Part shown: positions 27,190-43,082 of the stretch, one piece after another
Numbering within the stretch: the first letter of the stretch is position 1
Layout: each line of letters begins with the position of its first letter
Program-made: the position numbers and the translations under genes
Assembly (NCBI RefSeq): GCF_009914755.1
Contig: NC_060932.1
Length of the DNA stretch: 64,000 bases
Strand: one strand, 5' to 3'
Source of the DNA: the human T2T-CHM13v2.0 reference genome, Homo sapiens
The notes under the pieces: generated by a model
Database searches by the model: none
What the model was told of the DNA's origin: nothing
The model's input: the letters and a program-made list of their open reading frames with translations, nothing else

Positions 27190-27890
27190 GAAAAAAATGG
27201 TAATTACAGTGTCAATATTTTAAAAAATATTTTGGCACTAGGCTTATTCCTAAAAGTCGTCTACTGTTTTGTGAGTCCTGTGTGTGCACTGTCCAGTTTT
27301 GGCATTACTGTTATGTTGGCTTTATAAACAACATTAGACATGTTGATTTTCCTTAGAAAAGTTTTAAAAGTACTAGAATAATCTCTTTCTTAAAATTTTT
27401 AAATTTAAAATTTCATTTGTGAAATGACCTGTGTCTGGCATTTGGATAAATTATTCACTTCATGTATATTCATTCCTTAGGTTTTCTAATTTATTTGCAT
27501 AGTTAAAAAGTGTTTTCTCTGTCTTTCTGTTATTTCCCACCCTCCTTTCTAATTGTATGCGTTTGTATTTTGCCCCTCTTTTTTTTAGGATATTAATGGT
27601 TTATCTGTTTTATTTAAAAGCACCAGGACTTGGATTCATTTATTTTTCTGCCAAATATCCATTTTTTAATTTATTCACTTCAACTCCCAATTTTTATTTC
27701 TTCATTTTGTTTTTTCATAATTATGTTCTTTTTCAAACTTAAGTTGAATCACTAATGCATTATTTTGATTCTTTGTATTTATTAATGCTAAGTGCTTACG
27801 CCTAATAATTTTCCTCAAAACATTGCTTTAATCATGTCCTCAGGTTATGAAGTACAGCTGGCAAATTTATTCACAATTATTATTGTGTCA
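27190..27890 (-). mobile_element. Old L1M fragments
   Basis: T-rich degenerate reverse ORF2-like sequence. Confidence 0.5.
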
Positions 27891-27893
27891 TAG

Positions 27894-28297
<404 letters not shown>

Positions 28298-28389
28298 TGA
28301 TAGAGGGGTTGTTTTTGAACACACAGATGGGCTGTCCAAGGGTTTCTTCCTATGACATCTACATATCCTAACATTCTGAAATGACAAGC

Positions 28390-28764
28390 TGTATTAGTCT
28401 GTTCTCATACTGCTAATAAAGACATACCCAAGACTGGGTAATTTATAAAGGAAAGAGGTTTAATTGACTCACAGTTCTGCAGAACTGGGGAGACCTCAGG
28501 AAACTTACATTCATGGCAGAAGGGGAAGCAAACATGTCCTTCTTCACATGGTGGCAGGAAAGAGAACTGCAGAGCAAAAGGGGGAAATCACCTTATAAAA
28601 CCATCAAATCTCATGAGAACTCACTTACTATCACGAGAACAGCATGGAGGTAACCGCCCCCATGATTCAATTACCTCCCACTGGGTTCCTCCCATGACAA
28701 GTGGGAATTATGGGAACTACAATTCAAGATGAGATTTGGGTGGGGACACAGCCAAACCATATCA
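28390..28764 (-). mobile_element. THE1 (THE1C-like) solo LTR
   Basis: tgtattagtctgttctcatactgctaataaagacatacc..gggacacagccaaaccatatca; TSD caa(g/a)c. Confidence 0.93.
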
Positions 28765-31267
28765 CAAACTTAAGAATACCACGATAGCAATGTTTTGTTT
28801 TTGTTGTTGTTGCTGTTTCCCCCTCCTGTTTCTTCTGGGAATATAAACCTAATTGTTCCAAGCATAACACTTTGGGTTGGATTTCATAGAATCCTTTCAC
28901 CTACTTTCAGAGATGTTAACATCCTGCAGTAGATGTGGTGAGCACATGTTTCATTCATTCATTCATTCATTCACCAACAGTTACTGAGTGTCAAGTGCTG
29001 GTCTGACTAGGTATTTCTTGCCCTTGTTAATTCTCACTCAGTCAGATCCAAATATTCCTCAGGATGGTTTGCAGAGCTATAGATATGATTTTCTGTGTGT
29101 TTCAGAAAAGGAAAGTGACAGATAGCAATTTATCCCACCATCTGTTATTGGATGTGTCAGTAGTTAATTTTTTGAAGACTATTTGAAAAGTGTTTTAGAC
29201 GCATGGAGCTCATGTGAAACTGAAGCTTGGTTTCCAAGTGACCATCAACAGAGAAAGAATTCTCTTGATTTAACCATTTACCTAAGCCTTAACTGATCTT
29301 TCATCTCCTAAATACTATTCAGCCTTTATGCCTTTTACCTTCCATCAAGCAGGTAGAGTTTATTGGTCAGAATTACTCTGTTGAAAACATGGGCATGGAC
29401 AGGCTGGAAACAAAGACAAGGGGCAGCCTTCTGCCCTTGTCTAAGGAGAATGCCCAGACTCTCAGCCCTTTGCAGACCTGACTCTGAATCTGAAAATGTG
29501 CTCAGCTTCTTTTATTCTTGCCTAAGGCTGTCTAAGGGAAGCTGGCAACAACAGCTGATGTGGAAGGTCAATAAGTGTGTCAATAAACCCCTGCCCAGAC
29601 TCTTTTTTTTTTCCCACCTGCAAAATTGCTTTGGTCAGCAGAGACCCCGACTGAAAGGGGCCCTCTGTCTTTGGGTCATGCAGTTTCTGTTCTCACCCCT
29701 GGACAAGACTAACTCCAAAGAAAGAGAATCAAAACCTAATCATAAGTCACACTGGAGGCTTTACATAAAACTGGAAAATAATCAGATGGAGTCGAGCATC
29801 TCTCAGTCAGACATTTGCTTGGGGCCCACTAACATATCAATGTGATGGCCTCTTTCACCCTGTGCTGGATGCTGCAGGCTTCTAGAGAGCAGCTTGGGGA
29901 CTGAGGCCAACTCTGCATTCAGGGAGGCCGAAGGCAGTGCCAGGTGAGTTTGGACACACTTTCCAGCCACCTGCCCCGTGTGACGATCCCGTGAAATGCT
30001 TCCAAGCCAGAGATCCACTTCATAGGCTGGCTTAGGCTTTTGAAATAAAACACCCGCCTGAAACAAACATTGGCAGGTTCTATTTCAGGGATGGGGCAGA
30101 GACAAGGACCCTGGCCTTGTCTCCATACAGCTTTAGGTGATGCAGGGTTTTTGAATTTGGCCTCTATTTCAAGCACTTTCTGAAAAAGAAAAGCATAACC
30201 AGGATAGTTCCAAGGCAGACAGTTCTTCTGTTTATTTTTTCACAGGAGCGTGTGAGAAATGGAGACAGAGGGATTGGAGAGATGAAGATGGGGGATCCGT
30301 GGTCTCTGAAGCCCCCATTGCTTGTGTGAGGGTGAGAGCTCAGGTGCGGGACAGCCTGGACATGGGGAAGGGCTTTCCTCTACATAAATTACTGGGGGAT
30401 CTAGAAATGACTTCCACAAAATGCTTCCCTTCTGGACCTCACTCTGTTGAAAGGAAAGATTTGTCTAGCTAATCAGGACGGTAGCTGATAAAGATATCAA
30501 TAAAAGCAACATTAAACTTTTTCCCAGGGTACACCAGCCTGGCCCTTCCTGACAAGTGACAGAGGCTCTGGGTTAAAAATTACCTCTCCTTCTAGAACTA
30601 TCTTTGAAACACTAAATCTGATTTTCATCCTGAGGGCATTTGCTAAACTCCAGTGGCCAGGCCACAGGAGAAAAAGCCTAGGAACTTCGCAAAGTATAGA
30701 ATCTAATAGAAGACCACACAGAAAACTGGGCCCCAAGGGTTTATATCTTTAGTATGATCACAAATTAGATAGAAGCTTATCCTCCCCCACAACTACTACT
30801 ACTAACCCCAACCACTGCTCTTACCCTGGACATCAAGGAAAAATGCCTTTCTCCAGCCTTAGTACTTCGGTAAGAGAACAAAATATCTGCCTTGATTATT
30901 CATAAACACAAGGCCATTGTACAATTTTCCAGCTTCAATTCACACTACCTGGTTAGTCCCAAAAAACTCATGCTGAGAATTAGTGTAGAATGCTGCTGAC
31001 TTGGAAGTGGCTTTAGGCTCATGGTACTAAGAAAAGCAAATTCTTTCCGATTTGTTCAAAGAATTCTCATTGATAGAACTTTCAAAACATATGAGCTCAC
31101 CAGCACAGATCACAAAACTCACAAAAATACCATGCCCTAGAAGCACCACACACCTGAAAAAACAAACAGCAGATTTAGCTTCCAAAACGTTTCACATATT
31201 GGCTTATCAGACAAAGAATATGAAACAAGTATTTTAAATTACGTTTCAAGAAGAAAATAGAGAGGTC

Positions 31268-31625
31268 TGTATTAGTTTGCTAGGACTGCCATAAGAAAGT
31301 ATCACAGACTGGGTGGCTGAAACAACAGAGATTCACTTCCCATAGTTCTGGAGACTGGAAGTCTGAGCTCAAGGTGTCAGCAGGGTTAATTTCTTCTGAG
31401 ACCTCTCCCCTTGGCTTATAGATGGCTGCCTTCACCGTCTTCATATGCTCTTTCCTCTCTGTGTTTTGTGTCCTAATCTCCTTTTCTTACAGGAAGACCA
31501 TCATATTGGACTAGAACCTACCCTAATAATCCCAATGAAACTTAATGACTTCTTTGAAGGCCCTATCTCCATATAAAGTCATATTCTAAGGTACTACGAA
31601 TTTTGGGAGTAAACACAATTTATAA
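31268..31625 (-). mobile_element. MLT1A-like solo LTR
   Basis: tgtattagtttgctaggactgccataa..ggaagtctgagctcaaggtgtcagcagggtt. Confidence 0.85.
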
Positions 31626-31637
31626 TAGAAAATATAA

Positions 31638-31958
<321 letters not shown>

Positions 31959-32349
31959 AAAATTAAAGGTTTTTAAGGACATAAAAGAAAAAATTCAACT
32001 AGAACTTCTAGAAATGAAAAATATTGTAACAAAGTTTTTATAAACCTCAATGAGTGGTTTGAGAGAAGATTAGCATGGGTGAAGGAAGAATTAAAGAACC
32101 GAAAGACAGACCACTCCACTGTCCAGAGAGAAAAAGGGACACAAAAAAATGCTCAGAATTAATGGACTCCAATCCTCAGGTTCAGAAATCCTAAGGAACC
32201 CAAGCAAGATTTTTTACAAAGAAAGAAGTGTTCACCCAGATACAGCCTAATGATACTTCAAAGAGACAGATTGCTTACAAAGGAATGACAATGAAATTGA
32301 CTTCTTGATAGCATCCATAGAAACTATAGGTAATAGTGGAACAATATTT

Positions 32350-32562
32350 GTTGTTGTTGTTGTCGCCGTTTAATTTTTTTTAACTTTTATGTTAGGTTTG
32401 GGGTTCACCTGAAGGATTGTTTCACAGATAAACTCATGTCATGGGGGTTTGTTGTATAGATTATTTCATCACCCATAAATGAAACCCAGTACCCAATCAT
32501 TATCTTTTCTGCTCCTCTCCCTCCTCCCACTCTCCACACTCAAGTCTGTTGTTTTCTTCGTG
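32350..32562 (-). mobile_element. L1PA/PB 3' end fragment
   Basis: aacttttatgttaggtttggggttc..gattatttcatcaccca; flanked by aacaatattt direct repeat. Confidence 0.75.
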
Positions 32563-33033
32563 AAACAATATTTTAAATATGCTGAGAGAAAATAACCATC
32601 AACCTAAAACTGTATATGCAGTAAAGATAGTTTTCAAAAATAAGAGTGAAGTTAAAAAATTTGAAGTAAGGAAAAACAGACAGTGATTAAAGGAAATGCT
32701 GAGGGCTTGTCTTAAGCAGAGGGAAGACAATTCAAGTTAGGGATATTGAGATGAAAACATGATGAGCTAAGAAAGTGGCAAATACATAAGCAAATCTTTA
32801 AAAAATTGACTGCATAAAACAATGGCAATAAACTTCTGTAAGTAGAGGGATAGACATGAAATACAAAGCAACAATAGCATACAAATTGCGAGATGTAAGA
32901 GGATTAAAGTGTTCTAAGTTCATGTAATGTAAAGAAGGAGAGTAAACCTATTAATTAAATTTAGAATATGAGAAGTTCAATATGCTTGTTAACATTCTAG
33001 GATGAGTTCTAGAAGAAGGGAATTTGATATAAC

Positions 33034-34078
<1,045 letters not shown>

Positions 34079-34561
34079 TTAAAACTCTAGAAATAAAATA
34101 TTTCAGTGATTACATTCAAATGAACATAGATTAAATGCCTCAGTTAAAAATCAAAGCTTGTCAGACTGAATTTAAATGCACTTTTATGAGAGATCACATC
34201 TAAAACACAAAGATCAAAAGGCTCAAAGTACACAACGGACAAATCTAAATGAAAGAAAACAGTGTCACTCTGTTTTTAGACTTTAGGGCGAAAACGGTTC
34301 TAGAGATCAAGAGGCTCCCAATGTATTGGTAGACGTTTTAGTTCAACAGAAAAATACAAGCCTAAACTAACTGGTACCTAAAAACGTAGTCTCAAAATAC
34401 ATAAAACAAAATTAAAGACACTGGATAAGGAGAAATAGACACTACAGTAAGAGACTCAAATAATTCTCATAATGACTGGACAAATACATTTTTTTAAATC
34501 AAGGAAAATATACCACACGGGAATGATGCATCAGACAAGCCACGCAGAAATAGGTTCCAAA

Positions 34562-35032
<471 letters not shown>

Positions 35033-35162
35033 TCAAGCAAGCAGTGCTGTGGACATTAGAGTTCCGACCCTGACAGAGAGCAGAGATAACACCTCATGAA
35101 CACTCCTGAAATCCAGGTCAAACACAGCAAGCTTGTGCCTTATGGGTACAGACGACATTCTA

Positions 35163-35523
35163 GAGCAAATATTTTCTCTAAAGAGTCAGACGCTAAATGT
35201 TTTAGCCTTTGAAGTCCATATAGTCTCTGTTGCAAATACCCAACTCTGCCATTGAGGTATGAAAGCAGGCATAGGTCAAGACATAAATAAATGAGTAAAC
35301 CTGCTTTCCTGTAAAACTTTTTTTGCAAAAAAAAAAATAAAAAGGTGTTTGTTAAACGTGGTGATGTTGGCACAACTGTGTGACTATACTGAAAACCACT
35401 GAGCTATATGGGCAAATTATATGATATGTGAATTATATTTCAATAAAGCTATTTTAAAAATAAGCAAAATAGACAGTGGGCCAAATTTGGCTCATAGGTC
35501 ATAGTTTGCTGACCTTTGCTCTA
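35163..35523 (+). mobile_element. MER58A-like MITE interrupted by L1M 3' fragment (~35345-35462)
   Basis: gcaaatattttctctaaagagtcaga..gtctctgttgcaaatacccaactctgcc..gggccaaatttggctcataggtcatagtttgctgacc. Confidence 0.7.
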
Positions 35524-35534
35524 AAAATACGACT

Positions 35535-35730
35535 CTTAGGCCAAATTCAGCTGTTGCTTGTTTTTGTAATAAAATTTTATTAGAACACAGCCATGTTCAT
35601 CTGTGTACTTACTGTCTGTGGCCGCTTGCATGCTACAATGCAGAGGTGAGTAGACATGACAGGATCGTATGGCCCTAAAATTTAAAATATTATTTTGCCT
35701 TTTACAGAAAAAGCTGCTGATCTCTGACAT
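35535..35730 (-). mobile_element. MER58A-like MITE
   Basis: ggccaaattcagc..aataaaattttattagaacacagcc..ttacagaaaaagctgctgatctctg. Confidence 0.75.
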
Positions 35731-36215
35731 AGAACTGTGCCTATCAATAGAATTTTCTGTAACAGACATGTTCTGTAGTTGCACAATTTTAATCTGGTAG
35801 TCATTGACCCATATGACTACGAAACACTTGAAATGTAACTATGGCAACTGAATAAGTACATGTTTAAATTTAAATTAATTTATTTATGTATTTATTTGAG
35901 GCAGGGTCTCACTCTGTCACCCAGGCTGGAGTGCAGTGGCGTGATCATCGCTCACTGCAGCCTTGACCTTGCAGGCTCAGGTGATCCTCCCACCTAAGCC
36001 TCCCAAGTAGCTGAGACTACAGGCACAAGCCACTATGCCTGGCTAATTTTTGTATCTTTTCTAGAGACGGGGTTTTGCCACGTTGCCCAGGCGGGTCTTG
36101 AACTCCTGGGCTCAAAAGATCCACTTGCCTTGGCATCCCACCCTGAAGTGCTGGGATGATAGGCATGAGCTACTGTGCCTGGCCTAATTCACTTAAATTT
36201 GAATAGTCACTGTAG
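35731..36215. mobile_element. MER3-like MITE split by AluJ
   Basis: tcaatagaattttctgtaa..cacttgaaatgtaacta..taaatttgaatagtcac. Confidence 0.65.
35880..36184 (-). mobile_element. AluJ
   Basis: cactgcagccttgacc, ctcctgggctcaa J motifs. Confidence 0.88.
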
Positions 36216-36636
36216 TACAACATACACCACACTCACTCTTAAAAAGCCTAAACCTGAGCCCTAATAGGATGGTTATGGGAGACAGTTTGGAGAATGAGTC
36301 TTCTAAGTTAGCACTCAGGAAACACTTCTGACTTTTTCCTTATCTATAATATAAGAGCCTAAAACCAAGATGGACATTCCAAGGTGATCAGATAATAATC
36401 AAACTGCTTGCTAAAATGAGAATCAACATTTTTCTGAGGAAGATAGTAGAATCCAGGTCTCTACAATATATTATCTACAATGTCCAGTATTCAGTTAAAA
36501 AATCACTAGGCTTTCAAAGAAACAGGAAAACATAATTGATAATCAAAGCAAAAAGTACTCAAAACAAACTGAGATGGCCCAAGTATTAGACTTGGCAGCA
36601 AAAGACTTTAAATGAGTTATTAAAACTATTGTCAAA

Positions 36637-36977
<341 letters not shown>

Positions 36978-37497
36978 TTAATGGAAGATGTTCAAAGAAT
37001 TAAAGAAAAATATGGATTTAATGAATTAGTGACTATGAAATCTCACTTGGAAAATGGAAACTATTTTTTTAAACCCTATGGAAACTCTAAAACTCAAGTG
37101 TATAATACCTGAAATGAAAAATTCCCTGAATGGGCTTATTAGGGATGACAGAAGAAAAACTTGGTAAACTTGAAGACAGATCAATAAAATTAAATCAATC
37201 TGATAAATAGAAAATTAATTGAAAAAAATGATCAAAGCCTCAGGGATTGATAGGACAGTAATAAATGGCCGAACTCACCTGCAATACGGATTCTGAACGA
37301 GAAGAGAATGAGGATGGAGGAAAAAGACATTTGAAAGAATAATGGCCCCAGACTTCCCAAAAGTTGTTGAAAAACACCAACTTTTAGGTTTAAGAAACTC
37401 AGTGAACCCCAAGCAGAATACACATAAAGAAAACCACATCTAGGCACATCACAGTCAAACTGCTGAAAACCAAAAAATGATAGAAAATACGGAAATC

Positions 37498-37805
37498 GGC
37501 CAGGCGCGGTGGCTCATGCCTGTAATCCCAGCACTTTGAGAGGCCGAGGCGGGTGGAGCACTTGAGGTCAGGCCTGGCCAACACGGTGAAACCCCATCTC
37601 TACTGAAGATACAAAAATTAGCAGGGTGTGGTGACACATGCCTCTAATCCCAGCTGGTCCGGAGGCAGAGGCACGAGAATCACTTGAACCCAGGAGGTGG
37701 AGGTTGCAGTAAGCCAACATTGCACACCACTGCATTCCAGCCTGGCAACAGAGAGAGACTCCGTGTAAAAAAAAAAAAAAAAAGGAAACCAAAAACCAAA
37801 AAAAC
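37498..37805 (+). mobile_element. AluS with short left-arm deletion
   Basis: TSD agaaaatacggaaat. Confidence 0.9.
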
Positions 37806-38751
37806 AGAAAATACGGAAATTATCCATAAAACAAAAGACACATTATATATAAGAAAACAAAAATAATTTCTGATTTCTTATTAGAGATAATGCAGGCCAA
37901 AAGACCAGGGAATAACACCTTTAAAATGCTGAAAAAAATCTCACCAGTCTAGAATTCTATATAGAGTGAAAATAAACTTAAAAAAATGGTAAAATTAAGA
38001 CACTTTGAGATAAACAAAAGCTGATAGAATTTGTTACAGGCAGAACTGCAGGAAATTCCTCAGGGTATTCTTCAGAATGAAGGGAAATAGTAGAAGATAC
38101 AAACTTGAATCTACAGTAAGAAAATGATGATCACTAGAAACTACGCTGCAAAGTATCTGACAGAAGAGAGTAATGAGAAGACAAACATTTTTGTGTTCTT
38201 GACTTTAGCTTAATTTCCAGATGTGGTGAGAGAAGATTCTATAGTTGATAACAAGCATTTAAGATTGGGGTCTTAAAAGAGTGACACAAAATGCTCTAGA
38301 ACCTGAATGTTTCATGTAACACATAGACAATTTTTGTTGAAATTGTCCTATTGCCATGTTTTTCTCTTGAATTCGGTTTGCTTTTTCCAGTGAAGCTTTC
38401 TACCAGAAAAAAGGCAAAGAAGATGGTTTTTCTGATAAAGTCCCATGAGAATGCTCTGATGACACTGGAAAAGCTTTCTTTCATTCATCCACCCACTGGT
38501 GACTTGGAAAATAGCCTCTTCACCTTCAAATGAGAGAATAATGCTGAATTTTTCTGAATTTCTAAGACGGGAAGTGATGTATCACTAAAACGGTGAGCTC
38601 TCACTGAAACAGGAAATCTTCTACCAGTGTGGGTCTGAGTTGATCTCTCCCTCCCTCCCTCCAACCATCCAATAAATATTTCATTTTAAAAAATTTTAAA
38701 ATGAATTTTTCCTCTAGTGCTTGTTAAAACACAAAATGAATACTTCGTTGT

Positions 38752-38866
38752 TTACTTTTTATTCATTTGATTTATTTATTTAGAGACGAGGTCTGGCTGG
38801 AGTCCAGTAGCCCAATCATGGCTCACTGCAGCCTTGAACTCCTGGGGTCCAGCTATCCTCCCACCC
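38752..38866 (-). mobile_element. AluJ/FLAM fragment
   Basis: aatcatggctcactgcagccttgaactcctgggg. Confidence 0.7.
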
Positions 38867-39499
38867 ATGAGTATTTCTATAGGAACAATTATTCATCATG
38901 CAGAGTACTAGGTGCTGCAGGGAAGGGAATAAAAATAATCTTTGCCCTTGAGGATTTCATGAGCAAATAAGGAGATACATGCACAGAGCTAACTGTAATG
39001 CAACTTAGATCGAGTGCTAGTGTTTATTTATCATCTATATATGAAGTGTCGAGGAGGAGATATTATAAGAACATAAGTCATTTCCCCTGACTTTAAGTGG
39101 CCGATCATCTTACTTGAGGTACAGAATGTAAACCTGCTAAACGAATCCCGGCAAAATTCCCAGGAGTGACCTTGGATTCAGAGCTCGAGGAGCACAAACT
39201 AAAAGAAAAACTCGTCCTGGCCTATAGCTGTGCTTTCTCCCTGTCCTCTGGAGCAACAGTGGTAGTCTCTGAAAATGTACATCATCTCTGTGTGTGGGCA
39301 GCTCTGCTGGCAAATACTTTTACAAGCTGTTTTCACCAGCCCTTCGCCTGCTCCACTGAAATTCCCAGGGCTCAAGAGACCAATTGCTTAACCAGGGTAG
39401 AGCTGTATTTCCATGTACAATCGACAAGCCTGGCGTTTAAAGCACTAACAACAGCAGTGTGGAGTCCCATTTTCTAGCAGTCCCAGGAGCCCATTTTCT

Positions 39500-39722
39500 A
39501 GACCAGCTCTGTTCAATGGAACTTTCTGCAGTGATGGAAAGGCACACATACTGTAGCCACCAGCTAATGCAGCTAGTGAGCACTTGAGACATGGCTAGTG
39601 AGACTGAAGAAAGGAATTCTTAATTGTATTTAATTTTAATGCATTTAATTCAAATTCGAACACCTTAATTTTAATGAATTCAGTCTTAAAACCATGGCTA
39701 CTATATTAGACAGCAGAGTTCT
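39500..39722. mobile_element. MER3-like MITE
   Basis: ctgttcaatggaactttctgcagtgatggaaa..gagcacttgagacatggctagtg..atattagacagcagagttctag. Confidence 0.75.
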
Positions 39723-40221
39723 AGATCCTGAAGCTGAAGGACAGGGTGAAATAAAGAGTCCTCCTTGAGCGAATAGGTGGGTCCCCTGGTAATTCACAGA
39801 ATTATGTAGCTACCAAAGTGGGTAAAACCAGACCTTGACCTTCAACAGCCAGATGGGCCCATGCCACAGGGTTCATCCTCCCTCTTCTCTCCTCTCCCAC
39901 CCCCAGCTTCAATATAGTGGCTTCTAACATGTTTTTATTCCCATGGAACCAGGAACTCACAAAGCCTCTTAAATTGACCTCCATTAGCCTGAAGGCTAAT
40001 CCCCTTTTCCCCTGCCTTGGCCACTTCAAAACTTTTCATCAGAGTGAATGGAAAGATTAGGACACCATCAGTGACACACCAATAAAGATGGGATGAGGCT
40101 CAAAAACCTGCATGATTTAAAATGTGTCTAGGTAATTCTCCTGAGCTGCCAGACTTGGAAGCCATGTGGCTTCATACTGCAAATAGAAACACAATACAGA
40201 ACTCACTGTGATGAGACCATT

Positions 40222-41920
40222 TACTCACATGGCAAATATTACTGAGCATCTGATATGAGGTGGGCATTCATATAAGTTAGGGAAATAGCAGTGAAAAAGA
40301 CAGACAAGATTGCTTTCATGGGGTCTAGTACGGGGAGACAAAAATAAACCATAAATAAATAAAAAGATAAGTTGAGGCAGAGAGTATTAATTGACATGGA
40401 GAAAAACATTTGTGATGAGATAAAGACTGGGTTGGGAGCTACTTTAAGCTGCGTAGTCAGGGAAGTCCTCTCTTAGGAGATGACACTGATGCCGAGACTT
40501 GCATTGTGCACAGTGAATTGTGCTGAGGTCCTGGGGGAAAGCGTTCCAGGCAGAGGGCACAGCAAGCACAGAGGTCCTGAAACAGGAACAAGCCAGGGCT
40601 GCCCACAGGCTAGAAGACAGCCAGTGTGAACAAGCAGAGAATGGAGGCACAAGGGACAGGGGTCACATCATGCAGGGTCTTATCGGCATGGCAAGTTACC
40701 TAAATTTTATTCTGTAATGTGATTATAAGCCATTAGCAGGATTTATGCAAGGGAGTGATATGGTAGATTTACACGCTTAAGAGATTATTTTGCCTGTTGG
40801 GTAGAGAATGCATTATAGTAGGGCAAGTGTGGAAAACCAGAGATAGGAATTCCTGCTATGGCCTAGGCAGAAAATGACAATGGCTTGGATTAGGGATATA
40901 ACAGTCGATGTGGTGAGATATAATTAGATTCTGGATATATTCTAAAGTTAGAAAAAGTAGGACTGGTCAGTTGAATGTGGGGTATGACAGAAAAAGAAGA
41001 GTCAAAAATACATGATTCTTAAGTTTTAGATCTGAGCAACTGGGTAGCAGCTGATGGAATTATTTGTTGGGCAAATAAAGAATGGGGGAGAAATAAGCCT
41101 TGGAGGGATATCAAGAGTTTCACTTTGGATATTCAAGTTTGAGACATCTGTTAGGCATCTTAGCAGAGGTGTCATAGAGGCAGTTGGATTTAGGAATCTG
41201 GACCTTCGTGGGGTGATAAGGACTGGGAAGATAGATTCGAGAGTCATGAATGTATAGACGATTTGAGACTGAAACAGATTACCAGGAGAGGGAGTGCAGA
41301 AGAGAAGGAAAAGGGAGAGAGAAGAGGAACAAAGGGAAGATAAGAGAAAGGGAGGGAAGGGAAACGAAGAGAAGGAAAAGAAAAGGAAGGGAAGAGAAGG
41401 GAAAGGGAAGGGAAAAGAAGACAAAACAAGAGAAGAGATCTGGAGATTTATTTTTGGGGGTTCTAACTCAGGCAGAAAAGTCAAGCTGATAATATGGTAG
41501 GAGGAAAACCAAGAAAATTTCTTGGTTTCTGGGACCCCAGAGAATAAAAAGCTCCACAAAAGAAGGAGGCGTCAACAGTGACGATAGCTGCTAGGAAGGC
41601 CTGTAAGATGGAGCAGAGAGTTGACCCCTGGATAAAACAAGTGGGGCCCAATGGTAGCACATGAATAGAATTGAACAGGTGAGTGAGCTTGTTGGGAGAG
41701 AATGGGCAGTGACAAACAGAGATGGTACTAATCCATGACTTTTCAGAACTTTTGCTATAAAGGGAAGCAGAGAGCTCGGCCATGGTTGGATGGGCCTATA
41801 AGGTCAAGGGAATGTTTTTGTTTTGTTTTTAAGATGAGCTATTCCAAGTTAGATGTATTTGCCAATGGGGATGATGTGGGAGTAAGAAAGATATTGAAGG
41901 TGCAGAATGATGAGCAATTC
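40222..41920 (-). mobile_element. L2 (long fragment) with internal GA-rich tract 41296-41440
   Basis: caaatattactgagcatc..cagtgaaaaagacagacaag..gcgttccaggcagagggcacagcaagc..gattctggatatattctaaag. Confidence 0.82.
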
Positions 41921-42374
41921 TCACTATCGTATGAGAAATCAGTGGCCACCTGGAGAAGCCTTACAGACCCCTGCTTGTCCATGAGTCATTCTATGAGAAT
42001 CACTCCTGTGGGCACTCCTGAGTTTCCATATGTGAGGAAAGCCTTTAACTGGATTGGATGAAGGGAATATGGCCACTTGACGTCACAGTCTGTTAACAAC
42101 CCATGGGTCCTGATATCATCAGTTGGCATAAATCTTACCACCCAGGGAGACCTGCTACTCAACACATGGCCCTGGAGGAGTGGGAGGCACTAGGTGACTC
42201 ACCAAGCCTGGTGTTTGCTGGAGTAAGAGCCAAGCATACTCCATTGGCCTTCCATCAGCTACCACAACCTAGTGCCAACCCCACCGTACCCCAAGATAAC
42301 AGGGACAGGGGTAGGCTTTAGGAGCATTGACATACCTAGAGGGGATTGGCTTTCTTTCACCTTCAGCCCTGTTT

Positions 42375-42438
42375 TTCCTTCCTTCCTTCCTTCCTTCCTT
42401 CCTTCCTTCCTTCCTTCCTTCCTTCCTTCCTTCCTTCC
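42375..42438. repeat. (TTCC)16 = (GGAA)16 microsatellite, extended by CT-rich tract to ~42497
   Basis: 64-bp perfect tetramer run. Confidence 0.97.
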
Positions 42439-43082
42439 TCCCTCCCTCCCTCCTCCCTTCCCTTCCCCTTCCCCTTCCTTCCTTCCTTTCTTTCTCTCAC
42501 AAAAAACACACAAAAAACAGTTCTTCCCTTTCAAGCAATAGACACACAAGAACCCAGGAACTTGATACAGGAGGCCTGGTTCCTTCCTAAGTCTCTTTCC
42601 CCCGCCCGCCCCCATATTTCTCTGCAGTGAGAAGTTAAGTGGAGGTGGAGCCAGGCAGGCTGTACACATTAATATGGATATGTGCCCACAGAGCCTCTGA
42701 GATCGTGTATCTATAGGGGATAGATGACTGCTGCTCTTCCCTGAAACCCCAAATCACAAGATTCTTAAGCTAGTGGCACTAAAGATCCAGTAATGCCCAT
42801 GACAGAGCAAATTGCTGCCCTCTAGACCAAAGACAGTGTGGTAGTAGCAAGAGGCCCCAATCGACCTGTAGAGTCCAGTCCACAAGGAAATGACACATGT
42901 TCCTGTCTGACTGGAGAGCTGAGGGCTGCTTTCCAAATGGCACTGCAGACAGCACTTCCATTCCTGGGGACAGCTGCCTCAGCCTCACCAACAAAATCAC
43001 CAGTAATCCATGTCAATGAATGGGCTGGAATGTCCAGACTGAAAAAGAAGTGCCTCAGTACTATTCTAAAATAGGTGATAGG

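Noticed and set aside
29363-29845. 160-aa ORF in unique DNA
   Set aside because: Begins at TTG, no recognisable domain, composition typical of random non-coding frames
32062-32078. 17-nt exact match to U6 (agagaagattagcatgg)
   Set aside because: Lies in register within an old L1 ORF1 remnant whose consensus has a similar agattag word; no other U6 sequence or TSD, so probably coincidence
41026-41559. 177-aa hydrophobic ORF and opposite-strand K/R/E-rich ORFs
   Set aside because: Produced by a stop-free GA-rich tract within L2; same applies to ORFs at 11400, 42259-42669 and 44887-45373
42813-42828. Partial CTCF motif (minus ggtctagagggcagc)
   Set aside because: Lacks the 5' CCA of the core; too weak without ChIP data
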